The translations under genes and the position numbers were made by a program. The notes below the pieces were generated by a model. It was given only the letters and a program-made list of their open reading frames with translations, was not told where the DNA came from and made no database searches. A DNA stretch of 64,000 nt from Dehalococcoidia bacterium (GTDB taxonomy: Bacteria > Chloroflexota > Dehalococcoidia > Plut-88900): positions 768,001 through 832,000 of the forward strand of contig CBDFLQ010000006.1 in the NCBI GenBank assembly GCA_965249275.1. The letters are read 5' to 3'. Shown here piece by piece: positions 19,164 to 28,974 of the stretch (position 1 is its first letter; each line of letters opens with the position of its first letter).

Positions 19164-19854
19164 CAGGGCCTCGGGGGTGGGGGACTGGGTCACGGGAAGT
19201 GTATCATGCAAGCGGGGGGGCATGTCTGCCAGCGTCCAGGGACATTGAGTTGTAGTGAGGGTTTGTGGGTTTATGTCTGTTTTGGAGGGGCAGGCGATGG
19301 AAGGTCCGGGACTAGAAACCAGGCCGTGGGTTGCTGCCGAGCCGTCGGCACCGGGCTGGATTATCCCCACATGTTGTCGGCTGCGGTCAGGGTTGTGTGG
19401 GGCAGATCCCTCCGGCAGCGGCACTTGACCGGACCGCTGACGGGGAACATAACCGGCGTCCCGGTGCATCGGTCGTAGAGACTGATAGCGGGGACGGCGG
19501 GACAAACAAGGACACGAGGGCCTTGCTAGACCGGGGGTCGGTTGACCTGCCCGGTAAATCGGCTCGCAATGGGCCGGAGTAAACGCATCCGGTAATGGGA
19601 AGCGTTGAATCGGCAGGGGCCCTGGACGGGGCATGCCGAGCATAGTCTGTGGACCTTCCATCGCCTGGGTGGGGGGGAGGGAATAGCCAGGGCCTTGGGC
19701 AAGAGGAGATGGCATCGTTTGCTTGAGCCGGGCACTGCTGACGCAGAGCCACAGGATGGGCTTAGACGTTGAGTCCTCGTGGGCCGGGGCTGGGGTTCCC
19801 CCTGGGTTGTGGTTCCTCCTTGGGTTTAGGTGAGTGACGAGCTAGTCGAGGGTG

Positions 19855-19884
19855 AATATAGTACATGTGTTTTGCTTTAGTCAA
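19855..19884 (-). promoter_or_regulatory. Putative promoter (TTGACT-18-TATATT) with a LexA-box-like AAAC-ACAT-GTAC in the spacer
   Basis: Read on the minus strand; AAGGAGG follows at 19821-19815. Confidence 0.35.
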
Positions 19885-19915
19885 GGGGTTCGTGTCACAT
19901 TTGGCCAAGTGGGAT

Positions 19916-19955
19916 CACCCTCACCCTAGCCCTCTTCCATCAGAGGGAGAGGGGA
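19916..19955. repeat. Family A palindromic repeat
   Basis: caccctcaccctagccctcttccatcagagggagagggga. Confidence 0.8.
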
Positions 19956-20142
19956 CAGGACGCCCCGCCCTCTCCGCCTCCGAGGATGGATTCTGGCTCT
20001 CGGGGGCGGGGAGGGGGAAGGGGAAGGAAGGTGTTGGGCAGGAATACCGAATAGAACATTCAGTTGTTATGTATTCCCCATTCAGATTATTCTTCTAGGC
20101 GCAACAGTGGTAGGTTCAAGGCAATTGAGAGAGATAGTAGCC

Positions 20143-21312
20143 ATGAACAAAATCGATGATATTGAAACGTTGAAATCTTTCATAGATGACAACGAAGACC
20201 TAGAACAATTGGAATCAATTCTCGACCGATTCAACATATTTGAGTCCCTGGGACTTGTCCGCCAAGAGATACGCCATTCCGCTTTCCTTCGCTGGCTCCT
20301 TGATCCAGCTGAGACTCACGGCCTTGGGGATTATTGGCTGCGACGGTTCCTCAAGATGGTCATCAAGGGAGGCGAAGAAAAGCCAGGAAATAGGCTATCG
20401 CTCTTCGATCTAGATGGCTGGGACCTTTCTCAAGCTGAAGTCCGCAAGGAGTGGAACTACATCGACCTGTTGATCGTAGATAACCGCAATATGTTTGTTT
20501 GTGTCATTGAGAACAAGGTCGACTCAAGTGAACACAGTGACCAGTTGAACCGGTATAAGGAGATTGTGGAAAGAGAATTCGAGGACCATAAGAAGGTCTA
20601 TGTATTATTGACAGTATCGGGGGCCGCTCCTTCAAATCCTTCTTATATTTCCGTTGCCTACAAGGACTTGGTATGGGCTATAGAAACTGCCCTAAGGAGA
20701 CGTGCGAGCCAGGTGAATGATGCGATCATGCTTTTTGTGCAACATTATGTTGACATGGTAAGGAGACGAATTGTGGAAGATTCGGAGATTCAGGAAATTT
20801 GCCGCAAACTTTACAAGAACCACGGCAGAGCTCTGGACTTGATATTCGAACATCGGAACGATCGTCAAGCCGAAGTAGGCAGAGTGATACGAGATTACAT
20901 ACTCTCCCTCGGTGATGAAGTTACTTCAATTGTTGATACTACGACCCTTATAAAATTCCTACCAAAACACATGGACCTGCCTCAAATTCAGCACGATGGA
21001 AAACCGATTTTGGCGTGGCAGCTGGTTAACAAAGGTAGGAAAGTTCAGTTCGACTTGCAATTACGTCGTGGGCCGGAGGAAATGCGACAGCGAATATACG
21101 AGGTGGCTCAGAAACACCCTGACATTTTTGGCAGAACTCAGGAACCACTATCCAAGGATTTTCCTATTTTCTTCTCAGAAACTTGGATAGCAAGGGACGA
21201 ATATTACGCGCTCGACGACGAGAAGATAAAACAGAAAATATGCAAAGGCATCGATAATTTGTTGGAAGTCAAGGGCGAGGGGATGACAAATGCGCTAAAG
21301 AAATTGCTGTGA
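20143..21312 (+). CDS. PD-(D/E)XK nuclease family protein (PDDEXK_4-like), AT-richer than its surroundings
   Basis: FNIFE..G..RQEIRHSAFLRWLLDP...HGLG, IDLLI, IENKVDS.EH.DQL.RY. Confidence 0.85.
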   Translation: MNKIDDIETLKSFIDDNEDLEQLESILDRFNIFESLGLVRQEIRHSAFLRWLLDPAETHGLGDYWLRRFLKMVIKGGEEKPGNRLSLFDLDGWDLSQAEVRKEWNYIDLLIVDNRNMFVCVIENKVDSSEHSDQLNRYKEIVEREFEDHKKVYVLLTVSGAAPSNPSYISVAYKDLVWAIETALRRRASQVNDAIMLFVQHYVDMVRRRIVEDSEIQEICRKLYKNHGRALDLIFEHRNDRQAEVGRVIRDYILSLGDEVTSIVDTTTLIKFLPKHMDLPQIQHDGKPILAWQLVNKGRKVQFDLQLRRGPEEMRQRIYEVAQKHPDIFGRTQEPLSKDFPIFFSETWIARDEYYALDDEKIKQKICKGIDNLLEVKGEGMTNALKKLL

Positions 21313-21467
21313 GGTTAGCTTGATTGCCAGCGACAAGAGCGGCACCTCCCGGGGATGGATTCACGCCTAGGCGCATCTTCGACATCTTCGACCGGCTCGG
21401 GGGGTGGAATGATCCGCCTAAGGTGGACAGGCTCCCCTGGGGTGGGTGGGGAGTCGGGCGGTTCGCG

Positions 21468-21597
21468 GAGTGTGTTTCATAAGTCCGTTAAACAAGCCTA
21501 ATTGGCTATTCTTAACCATTGTGATGGGTACTGTAGGCACGGACATAAGTCGCAAAAAGTGAAAAGTGGGCCATGGAGTGACTTTTGAAACAGGCTC
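21468..21597. mobile_element. 130-bp MITE inserted in a REP palindrome
   Basis: IRs GAGTGTGTTTCATAAGTC / revcomp GAGCCTGTTTCAAAAGTC; CGCG duplicated at 21464-21467 and 21598-21601; empty site GGGCGGTTCGCGAACCGCCC(CTAC). Confidence 0.82.
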
Positions 21598-21752
21598 CGC
21601 GAACCGCCCCTACGGGGTAGGTGGGGGATGGGGAGGACAGGCACGAGAGCTGCTCATACGGGGAGATGAGGCGCTGTTTCTAATGGCGGGTGATTGGGGG
21701 GGTGTGATAATATGCGGAGGCTTTTCAATTGATTTCTCGGGGGTTGTCCGAT

Positions 21753-22796
21753 ATGCCACAGGGCCAAATGGCTTCTCAAACTTTCCAAGTCCCGGATACC
21801 GTTGAGGCTATCGAGTTCTATTTCGAGCAGGGGTTGACCGACGGCCTGCCCGTCGTGCCTCCTACGCCCGATATGGTGACGCGATTCCTGGACGCAATCG
21901 GCAAGGCCCCGGGGGACGTGCTCGGCACGATACCGACCCGTAAGCGGGAGATCACCGCCGGAAAGGTGGCCATCAACGCCATCATGGCAGGCTGCAAACC
22001 CGAGTACATGCCCGTCGTCGCAACCGCTATCTCGGCCATGTGCGAAGAGAAGTTCAACCTTCACGGGACCTCGGCGAGCACGGCGGGGACGGGCCACATG
22101 GTCCTGGTACATGGGCCAATCGTGAAGGAACTGGACATCAACTACGCCAATAACCTGTTCGGACCTACCAAGAGGTCGAATGCGACTATCGGGCGGGCTA
22201 TCCGGCTCATCATCATGAACGTATGTGGGTCGGTGCCAGGGATACTGGACAAGTCGACGTTCGGGCATCCCGGCAAGTACAGCTACTGCTTCGCCGAGAA
22301 CGAGGAGCTTAGCCCCTGGGCTCCGCTTCACGTGGAACGGGGGCTGGCGCTGGAGTCGAGCGCGGTAACGGTCTACGCGGGGAACGCGCCCATCCAAGGC
22401 AGCGACCACGGCAGCCACACCGCCGAAGGAATTATGAACTCGCTGGCCGGGGGCATCCTGGCCAACGGAATGCCCAACGGCGGAGAGCTGATGGTAGTAA
22501 TCAGCCCCGAGGTGCTGCTACACATCCGGGAGGAGGGGCTGTCCAAGGATGACGTCAAGAACTACCTGTTCGAGGCGACGAAGCGACCCCGCTCTTTCTG
22601 GAGCAGCATGGACCGGGGCTGGGACCCCGAGGGCGGTACTCACGATGGCAACGAAATGGCCGCAGCCGTTCAAAGCCCCGACGACCTGATGGTGATAGTT
22701 GCGGGTGGCACGGCGGGAGGGTTCTTCTGCACGATCCTGCCCTGGGGCGGGGGCACGGCCACTAAGTCGGTAACCAAGCAAATACCCGGTATGTAG
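21753..22796 (+). CDS. Uncharacterised 'TDGLPVVPPT' protein, UGSC-selenoprotein partner, paralog 1 (start 21753 or 21768)
   Basis: GLTDGLPVVPPT, NAIMAGCKPEY, NATIGRAIRL, DKSTFGHPG, AENEE.SPW.P.H, VAGG. Confidence 0.85.
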   Translation: MPQGQMASQTFQVPDTVEAIEFYFEQGLTDGLPVVPPTPDMVTRFLDAIGKAPGDVLGTIPTRKREITAGKVAINAIMAGCKPEYMPVVATAISAMCEEKFNLHGTSASTAGTGHMVLVHGPIVKELDINYANNLFGPTKRSNATIGRAIRLIIMNVCGSVPGILDKSTFGHPGKYSYCFAENEELSPWAPLHVERGLALESSAVTVYAGNAPIQGSDHGSHTAEGIMNSLAGGILANGMPNGGELMVVISPEVLLHIREEGLSKDDVKNYLFEATKRPRSFWSSMDRGWDPEGGTHDGNEMAAAVQSPDDLMVIVAGGTAGGFFCTILPWGGGTATKSVTKQIPGM

Positions 22797-22825
22797 AGTC
22801 CCAACACACGGGAAAGGAGCGCGCC

Positions 22826-23374
22826 ATGACAACCGAGACCAAGAACGGGGGCATCACAGTGATGGACCCCAGGGCCCAGTCCCTCCACGCCGAGGCGGAG
22901 ATGGCCCCGAGGCCCGGCAAGCTTGAAGGAAAGGTCCTCGGGCTGCTATCCAACAGCAAGCATAACGCAACCGAGCTTCTGGAAATGGTCGGAGACCTGC
23001 TGGGTGAGCAGTTCGAGTTGAAGAACGTGAAGGCTTCCAGTAAGGCTGACGCGTCTCGACCGGCGCCGGTTAACACGGTGGCCGAGCTGGCAAAGGAGAG
23101 CGATTTCGCCGTAGTAGCGATCGGGGACTGAGGCTCCTGCTCTCAGTGCAGTTTGCACGACGGAATTGAGCTCGAAAAGCTGGGCGTACCCTCTGCGGTG
23201 CTCATCACGGACGAGTTTGTCAACCAAGCTAAGGCCATCGCCGAGATACAGGGCATCCCCGATTATCCATTCGTCATAATTCACCACCCGATCGGACGGC
23301 TGACGCCTACGGACCTGAAAGCTCGGGCGCAGGCGGCCCTTCCCCAGATTCTGAAGATTCTGGAAGTCGAATAG
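22826..23374 (+). CDS. UGSC family selenoprotein, TGA at 23129-23131 read as Sec
   Basis: Two ORF-track fragments are in frame: AIGD-U-GSCSQCSLHDGIELEKLGVP...HPIG; AAGGAG RBS. Confidence 0.92.
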
Positions 23375-23393
23375 TCCGGTCGGGGCCCGCGTG

Positions 23394-23894
23394 ATGGACT
23401 CGGCGGACTGCGAGGTTGTGCGGCGTCTGGTCGAAGAGGTCGCTAATCGCGGCCGAATGACTCTCGTCGACGATCTGGTCGCCGCCGATTTCCAAGAGCA
23501 TGTGGGCCCTCCAGGCCTCCCCTCCGACCGAGAGGTGCTGAAGCAGGCCCTCGCCTCCCGACGTCTGTTCGGGAGCGGATCGGACTACGCAATATCGGAG
23601 TTGCGGGCCCGGGAAGGCCTTGTAGCCTTGACTCTAGAGGAGCGCAACGGCAAATCCCGCTCCGATCAACTGAGACCTTCGGACAGCTGTGTCTCAAGCC
23701 CCACCATCCCTCGGAATCACCCTCACCCTAGCCCTCTCCCATCAAGGGAGAGGGTACAAGAGGCCCACCCTTCCCCGCCAAATATTGGCTTAAGCGAAGG
23801 CACCAAAGTGGAGAGACATACAATTCGCGTGGAGCAGGGCAAGATTGCCGAGCATTGGGGCGCCGCGCCCCTGTTCGCCACTCCCACTTTATGA
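23394..23894 (+). CDS. SnoaL/ester-cyclase-like protein carrying an in-frame repeat/MITE insertion
   Basis: EVVRRLVEEV.NRG..VDDLVAADF.EH at the N-terminus and RVEQGKIAEHW at the C-terminus; insert encodes NHPHPSPLPSRER. Confidence 0.6.
   Translation: MDSADCEVVRRLVEEVANRGRMTLVDDLVAADFQEHVGPPGLPSDREVLKQALASRRLFGSGSDYAISELRAREGLVALTLEERNGKSRSDQLRPSDSCVSSPTIPRNHPHPSPLPSRERVQEAHPSPPNIGLSEGTKVERHTIRVEQGKIAEHWGAAPLFATPTL
23718..23754. repeat. Family A palindromic repeat inside a CDS
   Basis: caccctcaccctagccctctcccatcaagggagaggg. Confidence 0.85.
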
Positions 23895-24580
23895 CCACTT
23901 CGACAAAAAGCTGGAAGCTCAGCCCCTCGGACTTTGCTTTTCTATGGGAGGAGTGCAAGCGCTGCTTCTACCTTAAGGTCGCCCGAGGCTTCTACCGACC
24001 CCGGACTCCCTTCCCCGGTATCTTCAGCGTCATCGACCGGTTGATGAACGAATATTTCAACGGCAGGCCGAATGCGGAGATTTCGGACACGCTGCCACCG
24101 GGGGTGGTGAAGTACGGAGAGAGTTGGGTCGAGTCCAAGCCCCTGTCTGTTCCCGGCCACGCTTCCACGTGCTTTATCCGCGGGCGCTTTGACTCGGTGC
24201 TAGAGTTCGAAGACGGTTCCTATGCCGTAATCGACTTCAAGACCACGTCTACACAGAGCGGTCACCTGCCTCTCTACACACGGCAGCTCCACGCCTATGC
24301 GTATGCGCTGGAACGCGCTGCCCCCGGCAATCTGGCCCTCTCTCCCATCACCCGGCTGGGTCTCGTCTGCGTGGAACCCGACGCGCTTGTTAGGGACGCA
24401 CAAGGCCGGATATCCTATAGCGGCAATGTGGAGTGGAAAGAGATGCCCCGTGACGACACTGCATTCGACGCCTTTCTCGGCGAAGTCGTCACCTTGCTTG
24501 ACCTCCCCGAGCCTCCGCCCTCGGCCCGCAGGTGCGAATTCTGTCGATACCGTAAAGCTGCAAGAAACATGCCCTACTAG
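23891..24580 (+). CDS. PD-(D/E)XK (RecB/Cas4-like) nuclease family protein
   Basis: LSPSD..CKRCFY, RGRFD, VIDFKT, QLHAYA, CEFC; ATGA overlap with the upstream gene. Confidence 0.8.
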   Translation: MTTSTKSWKLSPSDFAFLWEECKRCFYLKVARGFYRPRTPFPGIFSVIDRLMNEYFNGRPNAEISDTLPPGVVKYGESWVESKPLSVPGHASTCFIRGRFDSVLEFEDGSYAVIDFKTTSTQSGHLPLYTRQLHAYAYALERAAPGNLALSPITRLGLVCVEPDALVRDAQGRISYSGNVEWKEMPRDDTAFDAFLGEVVTLLDLPEPPPSARRCEFCRYRKAARNMPY

Positions 24581-24613
24581 CCTTTCATTTGTGATTCACA
24601 GGAGACGCCAAGC

Positions 24614-25648
24614 ATGAAGATGAATTTCACCGTCGGGATGGGGCGAAATATACCTGCCTACGACATCCCGGCCCATGCCAGGGCAGCCGAGGAGTGTGGT
24701 TTTTCCATGATGGGGTGGGTGGACCAACCGAACCTGTCCCGGGACATGTATTCCAGCCTGACCATCGCGGCGCTGAGCACTAAACGTATCGGGTTGATGT
24801 CCGCGGTCACGGACCCGATAACCTACCACCCGTCGGTCACTGCGACAGGGCATGCGACGTTGAATGAGGTGTCGGGGGGGAGGGCGATTCTGGGGCTGGG
24901 GGCGGGGGGGCGGTTCGGTAAATCGATGCGGCCCCGTTCGACAAAAGAGATAGAGAAAGCCATCAATTTTCTGCGTGGGTACATGGCCGGGGAGGAAGTC
25001 GAGTGGCAGGGCGCCAAGATGCACTCGGAGTGGTCCAAGGCCAAAATCCCCATCTACCTGGCAGTGGACGGGCCGAAGCTTTGCAAGCTAGCCGGCAAGA
25101 TCGCAGACGGCGCGATTTTCATAGGCGTACATCCTGAGATGGCAAAGTGGCGGGTGGAGCTGATACACCAGGGGGCAGAAGAGGCGGGTCGGGACCCGGC
25201 TGAGATCGATATCTGGGCCCGCAACATGGCCTACATCGCCGACACAAAGGAGGAGGCCCGCAAAGAGGTAACCTCCTACCCGACGATGTATATAAAGATG
25301 CACCAGTTTTTCAGCCGGGACGTACCTGAAATACACGACCTACGACGGCGGATGGAGCATCGGGAGCCTGGGATAGTCGAAGAGCTGATGAGTGATTCGG
25401 CGAACGCGGCCAAGGCATACAACGAGTATTTCCACGAGCACGTGGACGCTCCACACGCGAAGCTCGTGACTCAGAGGATGATCGACGCCTTCCATCTGAC
25501 AGGTCCGTCGGAGGAGATCAGGCAGCAGATCGAGGAATTGGGCAACATGGGCGTTACCACCATCTCCACCGTCCTCTTCACCATCTTCGACAAGATAGGC
25601 ATGATGCGTAAGTTCAGTGAAGAAATCATGCCTCATTTCCGGAATTAG
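24614..25648 (+). CDS. LLM class flavin/F420-dependent oxidoreductase (Mer-like)
   Basis: AEECGF, AVTDPIT.HP, SGGRAILGLGAG, IPIYLAVDGPK, ADG. Confidence 0.88.
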   Translation: MKMNFTVGMGRNIPAYDIPAHARAAEECGFSMMGWVDQPNLSRDMYSSLTIAALSTKRIGLMSAVTDPITYHPSVTATGHATLNEVSGGRAILGLGAGGRFGKSMRPRSTKEIEKAINFLRGYMAGEEVEWQGAKMHSEWSKAKIPIYLAVDGPKLCKLAGKIADGAIFIGVHPEMAKWRVELIHQGAEEAGRDPAEIDIWARNMAYIADTKEEARKEVTSYPTMYIKMHQFFSRDVPEIHDLRRRMEHREPGIVEELMSDSANAAKAYNEYFHEHVDAPHAKLVTQRMIDAFHLTGPSEEIRQQIEELGNMGVTTISTVLFTIFDKIGMMRKFSEEIMPHFRN

Positions 25649-25704
25649 GCTGTACTGAAGAGGCGGATGACACGCATGCATAACTGCCTTGGTGAGAACC
25701 GGAT

Positions 25705-25764
25705 CACCCTCACTCGCCTCAGCGAGCCTACGGCCCTAACCCTCTCCCATCAAGGGAGAAGGGA
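25705..25764. repeat. Family A repeat, long variant with extra CTCGC..GCGAG hairpin
   Basis: Near-identical to 33640-33699. Confidence 0.8.
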
Positions 25765-25797
25765 CAGGACAGCAGCCCCGGAGAAAGGGAGAGCATC

Positions 25798-26838
25798 TTG
25801 AGCGAATCTGCCGGAATTCAATTACCGGATACCGTCGAGGCGATTGAGTATTTCTACGAGCAGGGAATGACAGACGGCCTCCCTGTCGTGCCTCCTACGG
25901 CGGAAACCGTGGGCGCGTTTTTGGAGGCTGGGGGTACGGAGCCCGGGGAGGTGATAGGGACTCGGGCGAGCCGTAACTGGGTCGTGACCGCTCAGAAAGT
26001 GGCGGTCAACGCTGTGATGGCGGGCTGCAAGGCTGAATATGCGCCCGTTGTACTAGCGTCCATACGGGCGCTCTTGAAACCCGAGTTCAACGCATCCGCC
26101 ATCGCGGAGACGGCGGGTACTTCTGCACCATTGATCGTGGTGAACGGCCCTATTCGCAAGGAACTAAACGTCAACGGGGGATGGAACCTGTTCGGGCCCG
26201 GGTGGCGGGCCAACGCCACCATCGGCCGTACTCTCAGGCTCGTCCTCATGAACGTTTGCAGGGAAATTCCGGGTGTAACCGATAAGTCGACTTTCGGGCA
26301 CCCGGGACGCTACACCTTCTGCATAGCCGAGAACGAGGAAGCAAGCCCCTGGGAGCCGTACCACGTCGAGCAGGGGATGGCGCTGGAGTCGAGTGCGGTG
26401 GGCCTTTTCCCTGTCTGTCATCCGATGGAGGTGTTCAACCAGTCTGACCCGATCCCGGAGCAGATTCTCGACACGCTGAGCCATGCCATCGCTGCGAACC
26501 TGGTCTGCCACGGGCCGGTAATGCTCATAATGAGTCCCGAGCACGCGCAGAACATAGGGCCGGCGGGATGGAGCAAGCAGGACGTCAAGGAATACCTGGC
26601 CAAGCGGGCCAACGAGTTTCAGCCTCAGTTCGCCTACGAGCGGGAGCGGATCGGGGCGCTGGGCGGGACCTGGTACCCGGGCACCGATGACCCGGACGAC
26701 TCGGGCATTCCTACCACTCCTGAAGGCATTACCCTGCTGGTCGCAGGTGGAGAGGGCGGCGGACATTCCACGATTATTCCGTTGTGGGGACAGGGCGTTC
26801 TGAGTAAAAGCGTACTTGAACCCGTATCCGCGGCCTAG
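25798..26838 (+). CDS. 'TDGLPVVPPT' protein paralog 2
   Basis: Same motifs as 21753..22796. Confidence 0.85.
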   Translation: MSESAGIQLPDTVEAIEYFYEQGMTDGLPVVPPTAETVGAFLEAGGTEPGEVIGTRASRNWVVTAQKVAVNAVMAGCKAEYAPVVLASIRALLKPEFNASAIAETAGTSAPLIVVNGPIRKELNVNGGWNLFGPGWRANATIGRTLRLVLMNVCREIPGVTDKSTFGHPGRYTFCIAENEEASPWEPYHVEQGMALESSAVGLFPVCHPMEVFNQSDPIPEQILDTLSHAIAANLVCHGPVMLIMSPEHAQNIGPAGWSKQDVKEYLAKRANEFQPQFAYERERIGALGGTWYPGTDDPDDSGIPTTPEGITLLVAGGEGGGHSTIIPLWGQGVLSKSVLEPVSAA

Positions 26839-26847
26839 AAAGAGATC

Positions 26848-27888
26848 ATGACGACCAAAGGCACCGAGCTTCCCGACACTATCCAGGCAATCGAGTATTT
26901 CTTCGAACAAGGCTTGACTGACGGCCTGCCCGTCGTGCCCCCCACCGCGGAGGCCGTGCAGGCTTTCCTCGAAGCCGGGGGGATCGCGCCTGACGAGGTG
27001 CTCGGGACACGGGAGAGCCGGAACTGGATCGTCACCGCTCAGAAGGTTGCCGTCAACGCCATAATGGCTGGCTGCAAGGCTGAGTACGCTCCGGTAGTTG
27101 CGGCCGCTGTGAGGGCGATGCTAAAGCCCGAGTTCAACCTCTCAGGCATTAGCGAGACGACGTCCGGGATGTCGGCGCCGATGATCGTGGTGAATGGGCC
27201 CATACGGAAAAAGCTGGACATCAACTCGGGGTGGAACCTGTTCGGGCCCGGGTGGCGGGCCAACTCCACCATCGGGCGGACGCTAAGGCTGATATTGATG
27301 AACGTTTGCGGTGAGATACCGGGCGTGACGGACAAGTCGGCGTTCGGGAGCCCGGCCCGTTACACCTGCTGCATCGCAGAGGACGAGGAGATCAGCATCT
27401 GGGAACCGTATCATGTCGAGAAGGGGTTCGATCCATCCTCCAGCACCGTCTCTCTTTTTCCAGCTCTGCCCCCAATCCCGGTATTCAACTACGCTGACAA
27501 CTCGCCCAAGGCGATCCTGGACACTATCAGCCATGCCATAGCTGCGAACATCAATTGCCACGGCGAGTTGGTGCTAATCATCAGCGGCGAGCACCTGTTC
27601 AACATCGAGCCGGCGGGCATGACGAAAGCCGAGATCAAGGAATATATATCAGAGCGCGTAAACGAAATGAGCCCGGGGCTGGTATTCGACGCCGAGCGAG
27701 CATATGAGCTGGGCGGCGTCACCCCGTTCAAGGACCCGGTCAGCGAGGAGCGCTCCGTCCCCACGTTACCCGAGCAATTGCACCTGTTCGTGGCGGGGGG
27801 TACGGGGGGTGCGGTCTCGGCGATGGTGCCCATTTTCTCTCATGGACATTCGAGTACGTCGGTTATCGAGCAGATCATAGAGCCATAG
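26848..27888 (+). CDS. 'TDGLPVVPPT' protein paralog 3
   Basis: Tandem paralog sharing near-identical blocks (WNLFGPGWRAN) with paralog 2. Confidence 0.85.
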   Translation: MTTKGTELPDTIQAIEYFFEQGLTDGLPVVPPTAEAVQAFLEAGGIAPDEVLGTRESRNWIVTAQKVAVNAIMAGCKAEYAPVVAAAVRAMLKPEFNLSGISETTSGMSAPMIVVNGPIRKKLDINSGWNLFGPGWRANSTIGRTLRLILMNVCGEIPGVTDKSAFGSPARYTCCIAEDEEISIWEPYHVEKGFDPSSSTVSLFPALPPIPVFNYADNSPKAILDTISHAIAANINCHGELVLIISGEHLFNIEPAGMTKAEIKEYISERVNEMSPGLVFDAERAYELGGVTPFKDPVSEERSVPTLPEQLHLFVAGGTGGAVSAMVPIFSHGHSSTSVIEQIIEP

Positions 27889-27940
27889 GTCCTTTTCGAA
27901 AGGCCACAAACAAAACTAATCCAGTTCCGGAGGTCAACCG

Positions 27941-28948
27941 ATGGCAGGCAAGCTGTACACGTCATACACAGGTTTCCCCTCTTTCTTCAGCGGCAAGATC
28001 GCGGGCGTGGAGGACGTTGAGGAAGGAACGTTGGTCGTGGCGGGAGTGCCGATTGACCAGGGGGTAGTCACAGGGCGGCCCGGGGCTCGGTACGGCCCCC
28101 GCGGCATCCGTGAGGCCTCCATGCAGCATCGGGGGGCTTACGAGGTTTCAGCAGAGAACACCCTTATGGACGTGGAAACCGGCATCTGGCGAAAGCCCGT
28201 AGCCTCTCCACCCCTCATCGACATTGGTGATTTCGACATCAACCCCACGGACATGCGGGACACGACCGAAATCGTTATCAAGGGCGTCGCCGATGTAGTG
28301 AGGAGGGGCGGGATTCCGGTCCTGTTGGGGGGAGACCACTACGTTGCGTATCCGGGATTTGCGGGCTTCTCAAAGGGGATGACGGAGCGGGGCGGGGCCC
28401 CGAGGCTCGGGTATCTGCATATCGACAGCCACCCCGACTTCCGGGACGTCCACGGTGTCGGGGGGAAGTACACTCACGGGACCCAGGCACGGCGGCTCAG
28501 CGAGGACACCCACATCTCCTATAACAACATGGCGTGGGTCGGGCTCAACGGCTCGGTAATCGACCCGGCGCAGCACCGCATTTTCCGGTCGGGCGGAATG
28601 CAGGTGACCACGGCCAAGATGATCCGGGAGCAGGGGCCGGCGGAAATTGTAAGGAGCGCTATGGAGGTGGTGGGGCACAGCGTGGACGCTGTCTACGTGA
28701 CGATAGATATCGACGTAGTAGACGGGTCGGAGTCTCCCGGGACGGGGGCCCCGATATTCACGGGAATCACCGCCGTGGAGTTCCTGGAAATGATGGAAGC
28801 CCTTTCCAGCTACGACATAATCAAGGCGATAGACATCTGTGAAGTTGCGCCGCCTCTCGACCCGACGGGTCGGACAGTGCACCTGGCCGCGAGCGGGCTG
28901 CTGGGGATTCTCGGGCCGAAGATTTTTGAGACCGTTGAGATAGACTAG
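27941..28948 (+). CDS. Ureohydrolase (agmatinase/arginase family)
   Basis: RPGARYGP, GGDH, DSHPD, HGT, DIDVVD..PGTG, EVAP. Confidence 0.92.
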   Translation: MAGKLYTSYTGFPSFFSGKIAGVEDVEEGTLVVAGVPIDQGVVTGRPGARYGPRGIREASMQHRGAYEVSAENTLMDVETGIWRKPVASPPLIDIGDFDINPTDMRDTTEIVIKGVADVVRRGGIPVLLGGDHYVAYPGFAGFSKGMTERGGAPRLGYLHIDSHPDFRDVHGVGGKYTHGTQARRLSEDTHISYNNMAWVGLNGSVIDPAQHRIFRSGGMQVTTAKMIREQGPAEIVRSAMEVVGHSVDAVYVTIDIDVVDGSESPGTGAPIFTGITAVEFLEMMEALSSYDIIKAIDICEVAPPLDPTGRTVHLAASGLLGILGPKIFETVEID

Positions 28949-28974
28949 CCGACTCTGTCAGGAGAGGCCCCATT

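Noticed and set aside
19164-19715. 184-codon N-terminal extension of the SirB1-like ORF
   Set aside because: No recognisable domain or RBS; family similarity starts near Met at 19163
21300-21340. Integron attC site after the PD-(D/E)XK gene
   Set aside because: GTTAGC is present but there is no matching inverse core or integrase
23891-24580. Cas4-like gene as part of a CRISPR-Cas system
   Set aside because: No repeat-spacer array or other cas genes were seen in the window
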